A stretch of DNA of 64,000 nt from Selaginella moellendorffii (taxonomy: Eukaryota; Plantae; Lycopodiophyta), in contig NW_003314329.1 of NCBI RefSeq assembly GCF_000143415.4, positions 391,421-455,420 of the forward strand. Direction: 5' to 3'. This document shows positions 1 through 11,115 of this stretch, piece by piece. Position 1 is the first letter of the stretch. Every line of letters starts with the position of its first letter. The translations under genes and the position numbers were made by a program. The notes beneath the pieces were generated by a model that made no database searches, was not told the origin of the DNA, and saw nothing but the letters and a program-made list of their open reading frames with translations.

Positions 1-35
1 GAATGAAGGATTGGTATGCATTTAAAATTAAACAA

Positions 36-830
36 ATGCATTCATACAAAAAACCATATTACACTAGTTAAGTGATTTGTTAAGTGGGATTGGCAAATCA
101 AAAGAACAAAAACCCTAGTTGAAAGGGTTGACTTAAAAAGCCATGAGGAAGAGTCCATGCATAATCATATGTTGATCAACTAATTTGTCAAGTGAAAAAA
201 CTTAAAAGCTTAAAGGAATTAAGTTTCTAAGCTATGATCCATAATGTGTATTGGATATAAATTAGTGCACCTACATCCTAAACTATGATATATTTTAGAT
301 ATTTTAGTGTTAAAGTCAATTCAAAATCAATAAAGTGAATGTAAAGACAACTAAAAGTTAGTGCACCAATGTCCCAAATTATGATCTATAACACATGTTA
401 TAAATTGGTGCACTAGCATGGGGAGTCACACTAAGCATTTTAGGTGATGTTGTCCGTAGATGCATATATAAAAGTTGGGTTTAAATCCCAACCCTCTAGT
501 GCTTGAGTTTGAATCCCAACTACTAAAGCATGGTGATGGTTTAGAATATAAGGACATTTATTTTTCAGTGGTCATAAACTTTCAGTGAGGAGGCTGGCTT
601 GGGCATATCGTTACGTGAAGGATGCCCAAGTCATAATACACAATTAAAGTGTTTAATGCGAAAGTTTGATATATCTAATTTGAACACTTTAGTGCAAATG
701 GCATCAAGGATGTGGTGAATGATATAGGAACACTCAATCTTAGTTATTATGGACCCTTGGTTGGAAGGGCTAATTTAGGTGCATTGCCAAGTATGGGGGA
801 TGCCTTTGGGGTCATAGTCAACAGTTTAAA
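36..830 (+). mobile_element. Old, decayed fragment of the same LTR-element family as 5286-12714 (homologous to its internal region ~9300-9950)
   Basis: Colinear similarity, e.g. 407 ggtgcactagcatggggagtcacactaagc...gatgcatatataaaagttgggtttaaatcccaaccc vs 9536 ggtgcaccggcgtggggagtcacgccaggc...gatgcatatacggaggttgggtttgagtcccaaccc. Both end in ggggtcatagtcaacagtttaaa. Differences are mostly C>T/G>A. Confidence 0.85.
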
Positions 831-2037
831 GGAGTTAAATTAGTTAATTTTTACTTTACAAAATTAAAATTATATATACATATGTATTTGGGATAACAAA
901 AGTGACATATGCTAACATTACTAGCTCTTTCATTAATAGCAAGACACTCATAATTAATATTTGAGGAGAACTTAGTAAATTTAATTATAGATTTTGATAT
1001 ATTAAAAGTGTATTTGCTTCAAAGAAGACCACCACAACCTCCTCAACAATAACTATGTTACAATGGTTAACCACCAAGAGTAAAAGCCACTACTCTATGT
1101 CATTGAGCAAATATTATATATTACAATTATAAGGAGATTTGCCATTATAGAAATAAATAGAGAGTAGTGAATTCAATTGTTTAGTTCACCTGTAAACAAC
1201 ATAGACATTATTCCTTAAACTACCTATAGAATTAGCAAAGGTCTCAACAACAATAAAATGCTTAAAAAAAGATGAAAAAAAACACAACACCCAAGTGAAT
1301 TGATATAAATTAAAAATGTTATATATTTTATTATGAGACAAACAATATTGTTTTATTTGTAAACAACTCATATTGCTTTCAGCATACAGCTTATTTGGGT
1401 GGGATTATATAATATGAGTTTTTTTTAGCAAAAAATGTCATATTCAAAATTGAAATGTATATATATATATATAGAACCACCCCTCTATACTTTATATCAA
1501 AAGTTACCTATCGGAAAGTTATTTTGAATATTCTTTCCTTACTACCACAATAGCAGAAGATTAGTATTGCTAGTTCTATTTTCAACCCCTCTTATTCAAG
1601 TGTTAGTAAATTAAGCTTAACATCTGTACTTAGTTAGATAAACGTAAAGTAGAAACTTCCATGTGTTTCTTGTTGAACATAATTATCACTTTAATTTTTA
1701 CCACTATCTTTTCTCTATGATTTAATATTTGAATTAAAATTAAATATAAATCAAATTTCTTTTTCTTTTATCTTCCACCACTTTTATAAAATGATTTGTT
1801 ATAATTTTCACATTTAACCAATGTTGGAAACATTTTTGCCTTATATATTTTCTTATGCAATATATCTATTTAATAATGGTCATTTAAATTTGCCACCTTT
1901 ACTACATCAATATTCCTGCTCTATTCATCAAAATGTTAGTTGACTTAAGATGTAAAACATTTGTGTAATGTATGTGATCATGGGATGAGATTTGATTATA
2001 TTTTTATTGTAAATCTTTAGAACTTTAGGAGATAAAT

Positions 2038-2230
2038 AGGGATAAAATAGTTACTAAATGTTCTCTCATCAAATAATTACCCTTTTCCAGTTGGATTAAA
2101 CCTTAAAAATAAATGAGGATAAAATAGTCATAAAAGCTCTCTCATTAAGTAATTGCCCCTTTTTTAGTTGACATAAAGGGAGAGAAATGTAATTTGCCCT
2201 TTTCCAGTTAACTTAAAGGAAGAGAAATAA
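2038..2230. repeat. Degenerate short direct repeats (ggataaaatagt...ctctcat; taatt(a/g)cccttttccagtt...aaagg(g/a)agagaaat)
   Basis: Motifs recur 2-3 times in an AT-rich context; possibly TE subterminal sequence. Confidence 0.45.
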
Positions 2231-2898
2231 AATGTGATACAATTGGCTAGTGTGATTGTAAAGCTCTTTCTTATCCTATTCTCTTAGACCAATACATAAT
2301 ATCATACCCCTATTATCCTAGTTTGATGCATAACATCATGCCCTAATACATCATCATGCCTTATGTTTTATAAATACTATTTAGATCTATATTTACAAGA
2401 TATAAAGTGTCATGAACACCATAATGTTATTCCTATGTAATTTAACACCATTCTAACATTATAACCATATTTTTTATAAATATAATATTTCTTTTAGTAA
2501 GAAGCCGTGGGTTTCTTATCTATATCAAACACTTCATCTTCTTCAGCATCTTGGAAGCCTTTATCTAAATTAATTTAATTCCCATTGTGGGATTTCCTCA
2601 AGAATCTCAAAATAGCTTATCATAATAAGGTGAACAGTATTTTCTATAATGGAAAACATACATTATATCACCTATAATAATTTAATGCTCATTTGCATAA
2701 ATAACACTATTGTAATTTTGAGATTAATTTCATAAGATTTTCAATCTCAATTATACCACCAGATTCTTGGTGAATCAACTTATAACCTGTTCTATTTTCT
2801 TTAAACACTTGTATAAATACAAACTAATAATGGTATGTAAAAAGCTCCCAAAGGTTTATATCTCCAAAGGTTTGAGTTTTGATTGTCAAATTGGGTTC

Positions 2899-3085
2899 TT
2901 GGTTGCTGCAAATGCTGGAGATGCTCAAGTTGTGATCGCAAAAGGCTGTAAAGCAGTTGATCAATGGGTTTTGTTCATTGCTGTAAAGGTTGGCATATGT
3001 TTTCTCCACTCTACTGATGTACAGGTTGCAATGTGTAGCTTGCTCTCGCTTTCTTGTACGTTCGGCAATGTTTTTCCGAAGGAGT
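2899..3085 (+). pseudogene. PP2C-type protein phosphatase gene fragment
   Basis: ORF 2767..3087 contains LVAANAGDAQVVIAKGCKAVD (PP2C LxVANAGDSRxV motif) and LSLSCTFGNVFPKE (LAVSRAFGDxxLK motif). The rest of the domain is missing. Confidence 0.6.
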
Positions 3086-3177
3086 GAGCTTTTTTTTTCT
3101 TCTTCAGGTGCTCAAGGCTTTGTTTTCTGATATTGATGTTAGAAATTATAGGTGATAAAATGTAGTGAGCAACTCAC

Positions 3178-3966
3178 ATGACTCAAATGTTTGAACAAAT
3201 GTTTGAAAAGTTCAATGGACTCTTCTGCAAGAGGCTAACTGACTATTGGGAGAGCTGCCTCAATGCTGGCACCGGTTCCCCCAATGACTCTGAAGCACGC
3301 CTTATAGTCAGTGATGTAACAGAGAAGAGGAGCATCTTCAATGTCAAGTACCTCATGAATCTGGCCACCACTAGTGACCAGAAACTCCAGCGGGTTGGTC
3401 GTGGCTCTGCGACAAACAATTCAAGCAACATGATGGACATGAACGTGGTGGTCACCCTTGAGAACAAAGTTTCAAAGAGTAGTACGTGGTCCAACTCCTT
3501 CACCTTCAGCCAAAAGGTGACCACAACCTTCAAATGTGGCGTTCCTTTCATTGGCGATGCTGAGATTGGTGTGGAGATTGGTACTGAGCAGACCTTTGGG
3601 CATGAGTGGGGTGAGACTACTGAAGAAACTGTCCAATTTCAGACTGGGTACCTTGTGAAAGATATTGGACCTGGCCAGATGGTAAGTGTTTTTTTTTTGT
3701 TTGCAAAACCCTTGGATTTTACAAATCTAGTTTTTAAGCAGGCTTCAGTGACTGTGACATGTTCAACTGCTAAGATACGGATCCCCTTCACGTATAAGTG
3801 CAAAGATACTGCCCTTGGAGGCTATGATCGAGGGACTGTGGACTACATTGATGGTGTTTACGAAGGAGTGGCGGCATATGATACTAGAGCCAAGGTTAGC
3901 AATGGAGGGACTGTAAATGAAGTCAAACTGCGTGCAGATGAAGAGGGCCGAGCATTTATTCTCTAG
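3178..3966 (+). pseudogene. 5'-truncated copy of the amaranthin-aerolysin gene; retains essentially only the aerolysin/ETX-MTX2-like pore-forming domain as an open frame
   Basis: From 3209 it is ~99% identical to 21387-22144 and keeps the same 60-nt GT-AG intron (3682-3741). The N-terminal MTQMFEQMFEK comes from unrelated junction DNA. Confidence 0.85.
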
Positions 3967-4236
3967 ATGCTAAGTATGTGTGTATGTCATGAATAATTTG
4001 GTAAATTTGGTTTGCTTTGAATAATAAATATTAATAATATATTAAATAATTTTTTATTAATGTTTATTGAAATGTTATTTATATAAAAACTATCATGAAA
4101 TTTTTTGCTAGCCTAAACTATAAGAATATCCTAATAATACAATATCTTTTATAAAAAGGATATTCTTTATTTAATTCATTCAATACTTTTATTGTATCTC
4201 GCCCCACCAGCTCTATTGGAACTAGGATGGGGAACA

Positions 4237-4621
4237 ATCTCTCACCTTTGGCAATGTTCTATAGTTGCATAAGCACCAAAGAGTGGATAATCAGTTGATC
4301 AATGTCTAGAATAATAACTTATCCTAATTCATTGAGTGGATATTGAACAATATCAAAAACAACATGTGCAAAATCCCTCTAAACATATTCAAAATGGCTT
4401 GATTTTCATCAGGAACTTAATGTCAGACTAGAAGATATTTTGGTGGGTGAGAGATCATGGCCATGTTCCAGAGGAAGGTGTTCTTGCTCTGGTACACAAG
4501 CAAAGGGATGGATGAAATGGAGTTTACCATGGCCAATTTATCATTTAATTACTAACAATACCAAGAAGTGAGCACCAATGACAAGTACAAAGAAGAGGCT
4601 AAGGAAGAACTCCAAAACTAG
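4237..4621 (+). pseudogene. TUB: Decayed beta-tubulin C-terminal fragment
   Basis: Manual translation across frameshifts and stops gives AMFYSCISTKEVDNQLINV*NNNLS*FIEWILNNIK...[24 protein letters not shown]...Y*QYQE. This matches beta-tubulin [36 protein letters not shown]...[24 protein letters not shown]...YQQYQD. Confidence 0.85.
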
Positions 4622-5285
4622 AGTATATAGATTTATTTTTTTCTTATTATATACATGGAAGAAGTTTGTAAAGCTAGATGATAATCAAGTAATACAAAGT
4701 TAGAGAAGAAGTGATTACCTAAGCTTCCATAGCAAATTTGGTCTTGGAAATCCCTTTGTCTAGCTAACCTTATAACTCCTCATATTGCCTTTTCCAATTG
4801 AGATGATAGGGCTACTACCTATATTTAGAGAGAGGACCATAACAATTACCTGCAAACCCTAAGGCTATGCTAATTGTAACTTCATGTGAAAAGCTTTGGG
4901 ATGACAAAAAGATCAAATCATCAAATTTGAGATGAATTCCAATTGTGACATACCAATGCCAATGCTTTATATGTGTGGTTGCATCATTTCACCAAGAATT
5001 CCTCTTTGTCATCCCCAAGAGGATGAACTACAACCACATAAATCAGAGTTGGACACAAAGCAACAGTGAAGCCAACAACGCCGGAACAACATGATCAGAA
5101 CCTCCTTGGCAACAGAAAAATCAAAGACAATTGCCTTCCAGACCTCATTGATTTCACAGAAGACTCCCTGAACTTCCATCCTCTCGTGGAACAGTATCCA
5201 GATTCAAGGAAGCCGATGGAGCTGCAATGCTTGGAGAAATTCCAGCAGGAATTAAAATAAAAAATTCTCACTATAAAAGTGATAG

Positions 5286-7132
5286 TGTGAGACACAAATC
5301 CCTAAGCCCCAAAGTGGAGCCGAAAGGGTGCCACGTGGTAGTAGCCAAAGCAAAAGCCAAACGAGCGTAACACGTTTGGATTAAAAGGCTCCGATTTGAA
5401 AGGTTGAGAGCAGGAGTGGAACTCCCAACGGAGTGCTCAAGGAACGAGCATGAAGCGAGCAATAAGTGAGGCTCCAGAAAGGGACCCAAAAGAACCAACA
5501 CATGACACGTGGAAGTGTCCGAGATGGACCCAAGTTGGAGTTCGAGGTGGAGTCCGAGATGGAGTCCGGGATGGACCAAGATGGAGTCTGAGATGGACCC
5601 GAGATGGAGTCCGAGATAGACCCGAGATGGAGTCCGAGATGGACTGAAACGGAGTCCGAGATGGAGTCCGGGATGGACCGAGACGGAGTCCAAGATGGAG
5701 TCCGAGATGGACCGAGACGGAGTCTGAGATGGAGTCCGAGACAGAGTCTGAGATGGAGTCCGAGATGGATCCGAGACGGAGTCCGAGATGGAGTCCGAGA
5801 TGGATCCGAGACAGAGTCCGAGATGGAGTCCGAGATGGATCCGAGATGGAGTTCGAGATGGAGTTCGAGATGGAGTTCGAGATGGACCCGAGATGGAGTC
5901 CGAGATGGACCCGAGATGGAGTCCGAGATGGACCCGAGATGGAGTCTGAGATGGACCCAAGATGGAGTCCGAGGTCGAGACCAAGACCGGGACCGAGACC
6001 GGGACCGAGACCGAGACTGAGACCAAGATCGGGACCGAGATCAAGACCGAGACCGAGGCCGAGGCCGAGACCGAGACCGAGTCTAAGTCTGAGTCCGAGT
6101 CCGAGTCCGAGTCCGAGTCCGAGTTCGAGTCTGAGAGGGTGAAAGCCCAAAGCGTTCGTCTCCCAGACCCTAGGGGGTTTAGTGAGCTCCAAAAGTATAG
6201 TGAGGGGGAGGACTGCAATGGAGCCAGTTTGGCCAGGAAAGGCCAGTTTGGCCCAGGAAGGCTGTACCCAGTGTTGGGTGATGAGTTGCCCACTGGGAAG
6301 TCCAAGACTAAAGTGAACACAGACCGACAAGCGGGGTAGTTTGGTGAATTGTTCAAGAGCCGGCTCTAGTTCCCCCGGGAGATCGACTGGCCAATGCTCC
6401 CAGTCCAAATGTGGGTGGCACTACCTACTTGGATACCTGGCGTGGCTCAACGGAACCTCGCTCTAAGCCCATGGCTAGAGCACCCAAAGGTGGAAGGCGA
6501 GGAGAGTACCCATGAGGCTTGTGTAGGGCCACGGTGTTCCGAAATGTTGTCCCAAAGGCCCAGACTGTGGAAAGGAAAAGGAGTAGTCCTCTGGTGTAGT
6601 GACCAAGGATATAGTCGTGCAATGAGGAAGTCCCAGAGGACCGTGGGACTTAGTGGCTAGATCTGCGGGCCTTGATCTAGTGGTAGTGTTGGTGAACATG
6701 GCCATGGGCAGAAAAAGGATTTGGCAGGAACTGACAAAGGGATGTTGGGGAAGGCTATTCCCCATGTCTGTGGGCATCCTAAGGATGCTAAGGAGTGGAT
6801 CTGGGATGACCACTCGTGGACGGACAGCCCAGTCTTGGAGAGACAGGATTGTGATGCAAGTGGTATTGGACCACCAGTGCGGCAAAGGTGAATGGGCATA
6901 GCCTTAACGTAACGGGCCAATATGTCAGTGGTACCTTTGGGTGTCGGTCTTGGGACTGGACACGTGGAGCACTTGGACCAAGTGCAAGGGAAGAGTGGCA
7001 TGGATGCCATTCTCGGGACTAGCAAGTCCCAATTCCTAAATTAGACTTAAGGAGGTTGTGAATGAGACTCCTCCAAGGGGTCAGAGGTGTGGTTAAGTGA
7101 CGAAAGTAGAATGGAAAATTTAGTCGCTTACA
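5286..7132 (+). repeat. 5' LTR (~1.85 kb) with internal tandem array
   Basis: Starts tgtgagacacaaatccc and ends ...cgcttaca; matches 11116-12714. Confidence 0.92.
5519..6133 (+). repeat. Minisatellite within the LTR: GAGATGGAGTCC / GAGATGGACCC 11-12-mers grading into GAGACC and GAGTCC hexamers
   Basis: Directly visible tandem repeats; source of the low-complexity ORFs on both strands. Confidence 0.95.
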
Positions 7133-7135
7133 ATT

Positions 7136-7147
7136 TGGTAACGGAGC
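7136..7147 (+). promoter_or_regulatory. Primer-binding site (tRNA-iMet-like, degenerate)
   Basis: tggtaacggagc, 3 nt after the LTR end, vs canonical tggtatcagagc. Confidence 0.7.
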
Positions 7148-10100
7148 TGTTCCTTAGTCCGACTTTTATTGGTGCTAAAGTATATCACCACTAGTGTTGG
7201 CATCAAAAGGTCCTAGGAGTGGGCTTGTCCTTGAGGAGTAGCAAGTCGGGAAGACATGGCTCTCCATTACAGTTCACGTGTGAACTTGTAGGTAAGGTGG
7301 TGGATAGAAAAGGGCCAATGATGGAACGACTTTGGGATCTTGGGAACAGTGCAAGGTTTTCCTCATTGAGTTGAGGATGTGATCCGGATGAGCATTTGTT
7401 TCAGCAAATTGGCTAAGGTTGTTGTGGTAAACAACTAAAGTTGGGATCACGGGAAAGATAGAGACTCCAAAACAATAAAGGAGTCACAAGATTATCCTCA
7501 TATAGTTGAGGTTGGTGCTCATGAATGTGAGACCAAAGGTAATGACCGTGGAAGGTCAAATACGGAAGAGGACTCAAGTCCTTGAAATGGTAGCCAGGGC
7601 TACCTCCAATAAATGCTGGAACAACCCAAGGAGTTGGGGGTGTATTTAGAGGATAAATTGGTATTTTTATCACATGGACAAGTGGTTCTAAGGGGCAAAA
7701 GGTTGCCCCTAGAGAACAAATCAAGTGTCAAAGTAACACTTGCAAAAGACATGAATACAAGGAGTTGTATTCTAGTGAGTTAGCACCTCAAAAGTAAGAC
7801 CTCATAGGTCATCGGATTAACAAAGTTCAAAAGGTTGAATGACTCCAATAGAGTCAAGGAATAATCCTAAGGGCTTGAGGAAAACATTTGGACTGAGGTG
7901 TGTGGTGCCTCACGAAGGATGGGGAGGATCTTGAGATCCAAGCATGAGAGCAGTATGTATCTCATTGATGGCAGAAGATGCTATGCTAAAGTTGTGGGAA
8001 AGAGTTTCCCGGAAGAAAACAACTTTGACACAAAGTTGTGCATAAACTCTATGGTGCAGTGCTAATGGATAATTGGCCTAAGAGACAACTATATTAGTCT
8101 TGGCAAAAATACCTGGACACAAGTAAGAAGTGTCATAAAGGTAGGCTCGTGGAGCCAATGGTGTGGAGACACCGAAGGTGCCAAAGTGTACTGCCTTGAG
8201 GTCAAGTTGGTGGGCTTATGAGAACCCCTTCCAAAGGAATCCCAATGGAAATGGGAATAGCATAGCCTAAGCTGGAAGGCATGCGGTTAGAGTGTGGTGA
8301 CCCAGATAATGATGGAGGTGTGGAAGCACCAACAATGAGTTGTAGGACTTGACAACTATGAAGAAACTACCTAAGACTTCTTATTGGGATAAGGAAGTTC
8401 AATATACCCTTATGAGGGATAAATTGCTTATGTTGCGACATAGTAAGTCAATGTCGAAAAGGGAATGTTCATTGTCAGAGAGGCCATCATTGGGACACCC
8501 AAACACTCTAGAACACCAGAAGGGGGTATTTGGTGTCATGAGGGCAATGGATAATGCCCAAGGGACAAAGTCCCTAGCGAATGAAGGATAGGAGGTGCTA
8601 TCCAAATGTCCAAAGTTGTGGAGATAGGAGAAGTTCGTCTACCCAAATTGGACAAAGCCAAAAAGGGATTTTGGCAAGGTTAGTAATGGGCATATAAAGG
8701 CCCATAAGTAGCAACAGTGATTCTAGTGTGTGGGATTATAAGGTGAGCAAACTCGGATTGAGGAACCACTCCCTAGGCTGTCGGGTAAGTTCATCCCTAT
8801 GAATACTTGCCAAGGCATGGTAAAAAGTGCAAAGCTATCTTCCTAGTCTGGAAGAGAATAACCGAAGGAAATGTATGAGGCCAAAATGCAAGTAGTATAA
8901 GGATAGAACCGAACCATAGGAATTGATAGGCATGACCAAGGGTGGTTATGCAAGTTGGGAGTAGAAAATCAAGTGGGTGCTCAAGCATGTTGTTACTAGC
9001 AATCGGGATGCCATGGAGAGTCTAAGGCATGGGATTGTCCATGTTAGACTATATGGTAATTGGAAAGCTTGCGAAATGAGAGGCCTTAGCAAGCCAAGGA
9101 ATAGAGTTCCTTGAACGTTCCCCTAGGTAGATAAGTACCTAGTCAGCCAAGTGTAAATGGTTCATAGGATGCGCAAAATCAAAGTGGCACAGCAGAAACG
9201 TGGTCTTGAAGCTTACCATGAGGCGAGGCTATCAAGATTGGGGAAGTAGTTCCCGAGTGTTCAAAGAAAGGGGTTTGAACGAAAGTTGATGGTTAAAGAC
9301 TTTCACGTTTATGCATGAACCATGTCACAGTGGCCGAATGACTTGCTAAGTGAGATTGGCAAGTCGGGGGGAACGAATACCCTAGTTGAAGGAGCCAACT
9401 TCAAAGGGGTGGCCCAAGGGGCTGAGCATGGAGGGGTTCATGCATGATCACAAAACATGTCAAGTGAGAGGACTTGGCAATGCGGAGGAACTAGGTTCCT
9501 AAACTATGATCTGTAGCGCGCTTTAAATATAAGTTGGTGCACCGGCGTGGGGAGTCACGCCAGGCATCTAGGGTGATGCCATCTGTAGATGCATATACGG
9601 AGGTTGGGTTTGAGTCCCAACCCTTTAGTGCTTAGGTTCGAGTCATAAATCACTAGGGCGTGGTGATGGTTTGGAATATAAGGACACTCATATTTCGGTG
9701 GTCATGGACTCTCAGTGAGGAGACTGGTTTGGGCACACCGCCAAGTGAGGGATGCCTCGGTGTCGTGATGCACGGTTAGATTGCTTAGAGTGAAAGCTCG
9801 GCATATCTAACTTGAACACTTTGGTGCAAAAGGCACCAAGGACGTGGTGAATAAGATGGGGACACCCAGTCTCAGTTGTTATGGATCCTTGGCCGGAAGG
9901 GCTGGCTTGGGCGCACTGCCAAGTATGGGGGTCATAGTCAACAGTTTAAAAGGGGGTCTGGAAGACCTAATTCCTATTGGTAGACCTATTAAGGGGTCAA
10001 GATGAGATCATCAGGTGATCTTGTGGCTAAACAAAGACAAGGTCTTTGTTTGGGTTAAAGAATATAATTCCCAGTTCAAAGTGTTGATTTGAACTATTGA

Positions 10101-11115
10101 TAATGGTGTGACTTGGTCAAGGTGACCAAGTGAGAAGGACACCTAAAGAGAAATCAATTGTGCCAATACAATGGTATAGTAAGTCCAAGAAAGTAGTCTC
10201 GGGGAGAGACCCATGGAAGGGTCGCAAAGTTGGGCCGTGGACGAAGCTCGAAGCAGAAATTGCTAAAGAGACCTACTAAGGGTGAGCACCTGCTGGACTT
10301 AGCAAAGTAGAGCCTTTGCCATGGAACCAAAAGGACACCTCAAGAATGGAGATAGTGATCCTATGATGCTCAATGCAACAATCAATGGATAAAAACAAAA
10401 GATTAGTGGCCAAGTGTGGGCCATGGAGTTCATTGGAAGGAATCCAAATGGCAAAGTTAGGCATGGAACACTAGTGTGTTGGATGCTAACGGATTGTGAG
10501 AAAGGAAGTGTGCTTCCAAGGATGGATTCCCAAATGCTCCAAGTTAGCAAAGGTGAAAGCTCCAAGGGAGGGAGCGGCCAAGTAGCCAAAAGATAGGGCT
10601 GTGGATAGCTCTAGCACAACTTACAACGGCTGGAATTTGGTGCCAAAAGTGGCATAAAATAGAAAGGAGGACGATGACGCCCTCAAGTGAGGAGCTTCCT
10701 AGGATGGGAAGTGAAGTTGCACAATATATGTAGTGAAAGGTGTCAAAGACACCAAAGAAATTGATTTCGAGAAGTCAAAATTAAAAAGTTCCAAGGTGAA
10801 TTGGTTATGTCAATAGAAGTTGGGACTACTCAAGAATGAGTAGTGGAATTGAGTTAGAGAAGGTGTCTCTAACGGGTTTAGCGAGAACTGAACCAATAAA
10901 AGGGAGCAAACCACCTCAGGTGGCCGAATGAGTCTCTATGTTGGAGAGACTATGCCCCTTAGAGGATGGACAAGGCATGGTGAGCCTTCGGGGTCAAACT
11001 ATAGACAAATATTGGCTGGGTGCCAAGGATGGAAATGGTAATACCTGCAGTATTACTTTATAAAAGGGTTTACTGTTCAATGAGGACATCAAACTTCGTC
11101 TATGGGTGGTGGAGT

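Noticed and set aside
5066-5295. Small ORFs in the duplicated spacer; faint F-box-like pattern on the minus strand (also 23244-23438)
   Set aside because: Conservation is explained by the recent duplication; the motif is too weak to call.
5519-6133. CRISPR-like appearance of the repeat arrays (also 20144-20561)
   Set aside because: Repeats are contiguous with no unique spacers, there are no cas genes, and the context is eukaryotic.
5271-6408. Long ORFs on both strands (SRTP-, LGLHLG-, ESEM-rich), repeated at 11132-11990
   Set aside because: They are translations of the LTR minisatellite. Frames differ between the two LTRs and there is no domain signal.
8230-8500. Possible gag remnants (PMEMG, Cys/His cluster) in the non-coding LTR element
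   Set aside because: No continuous frame or convincing CCHC spacing, so not called as a feature.
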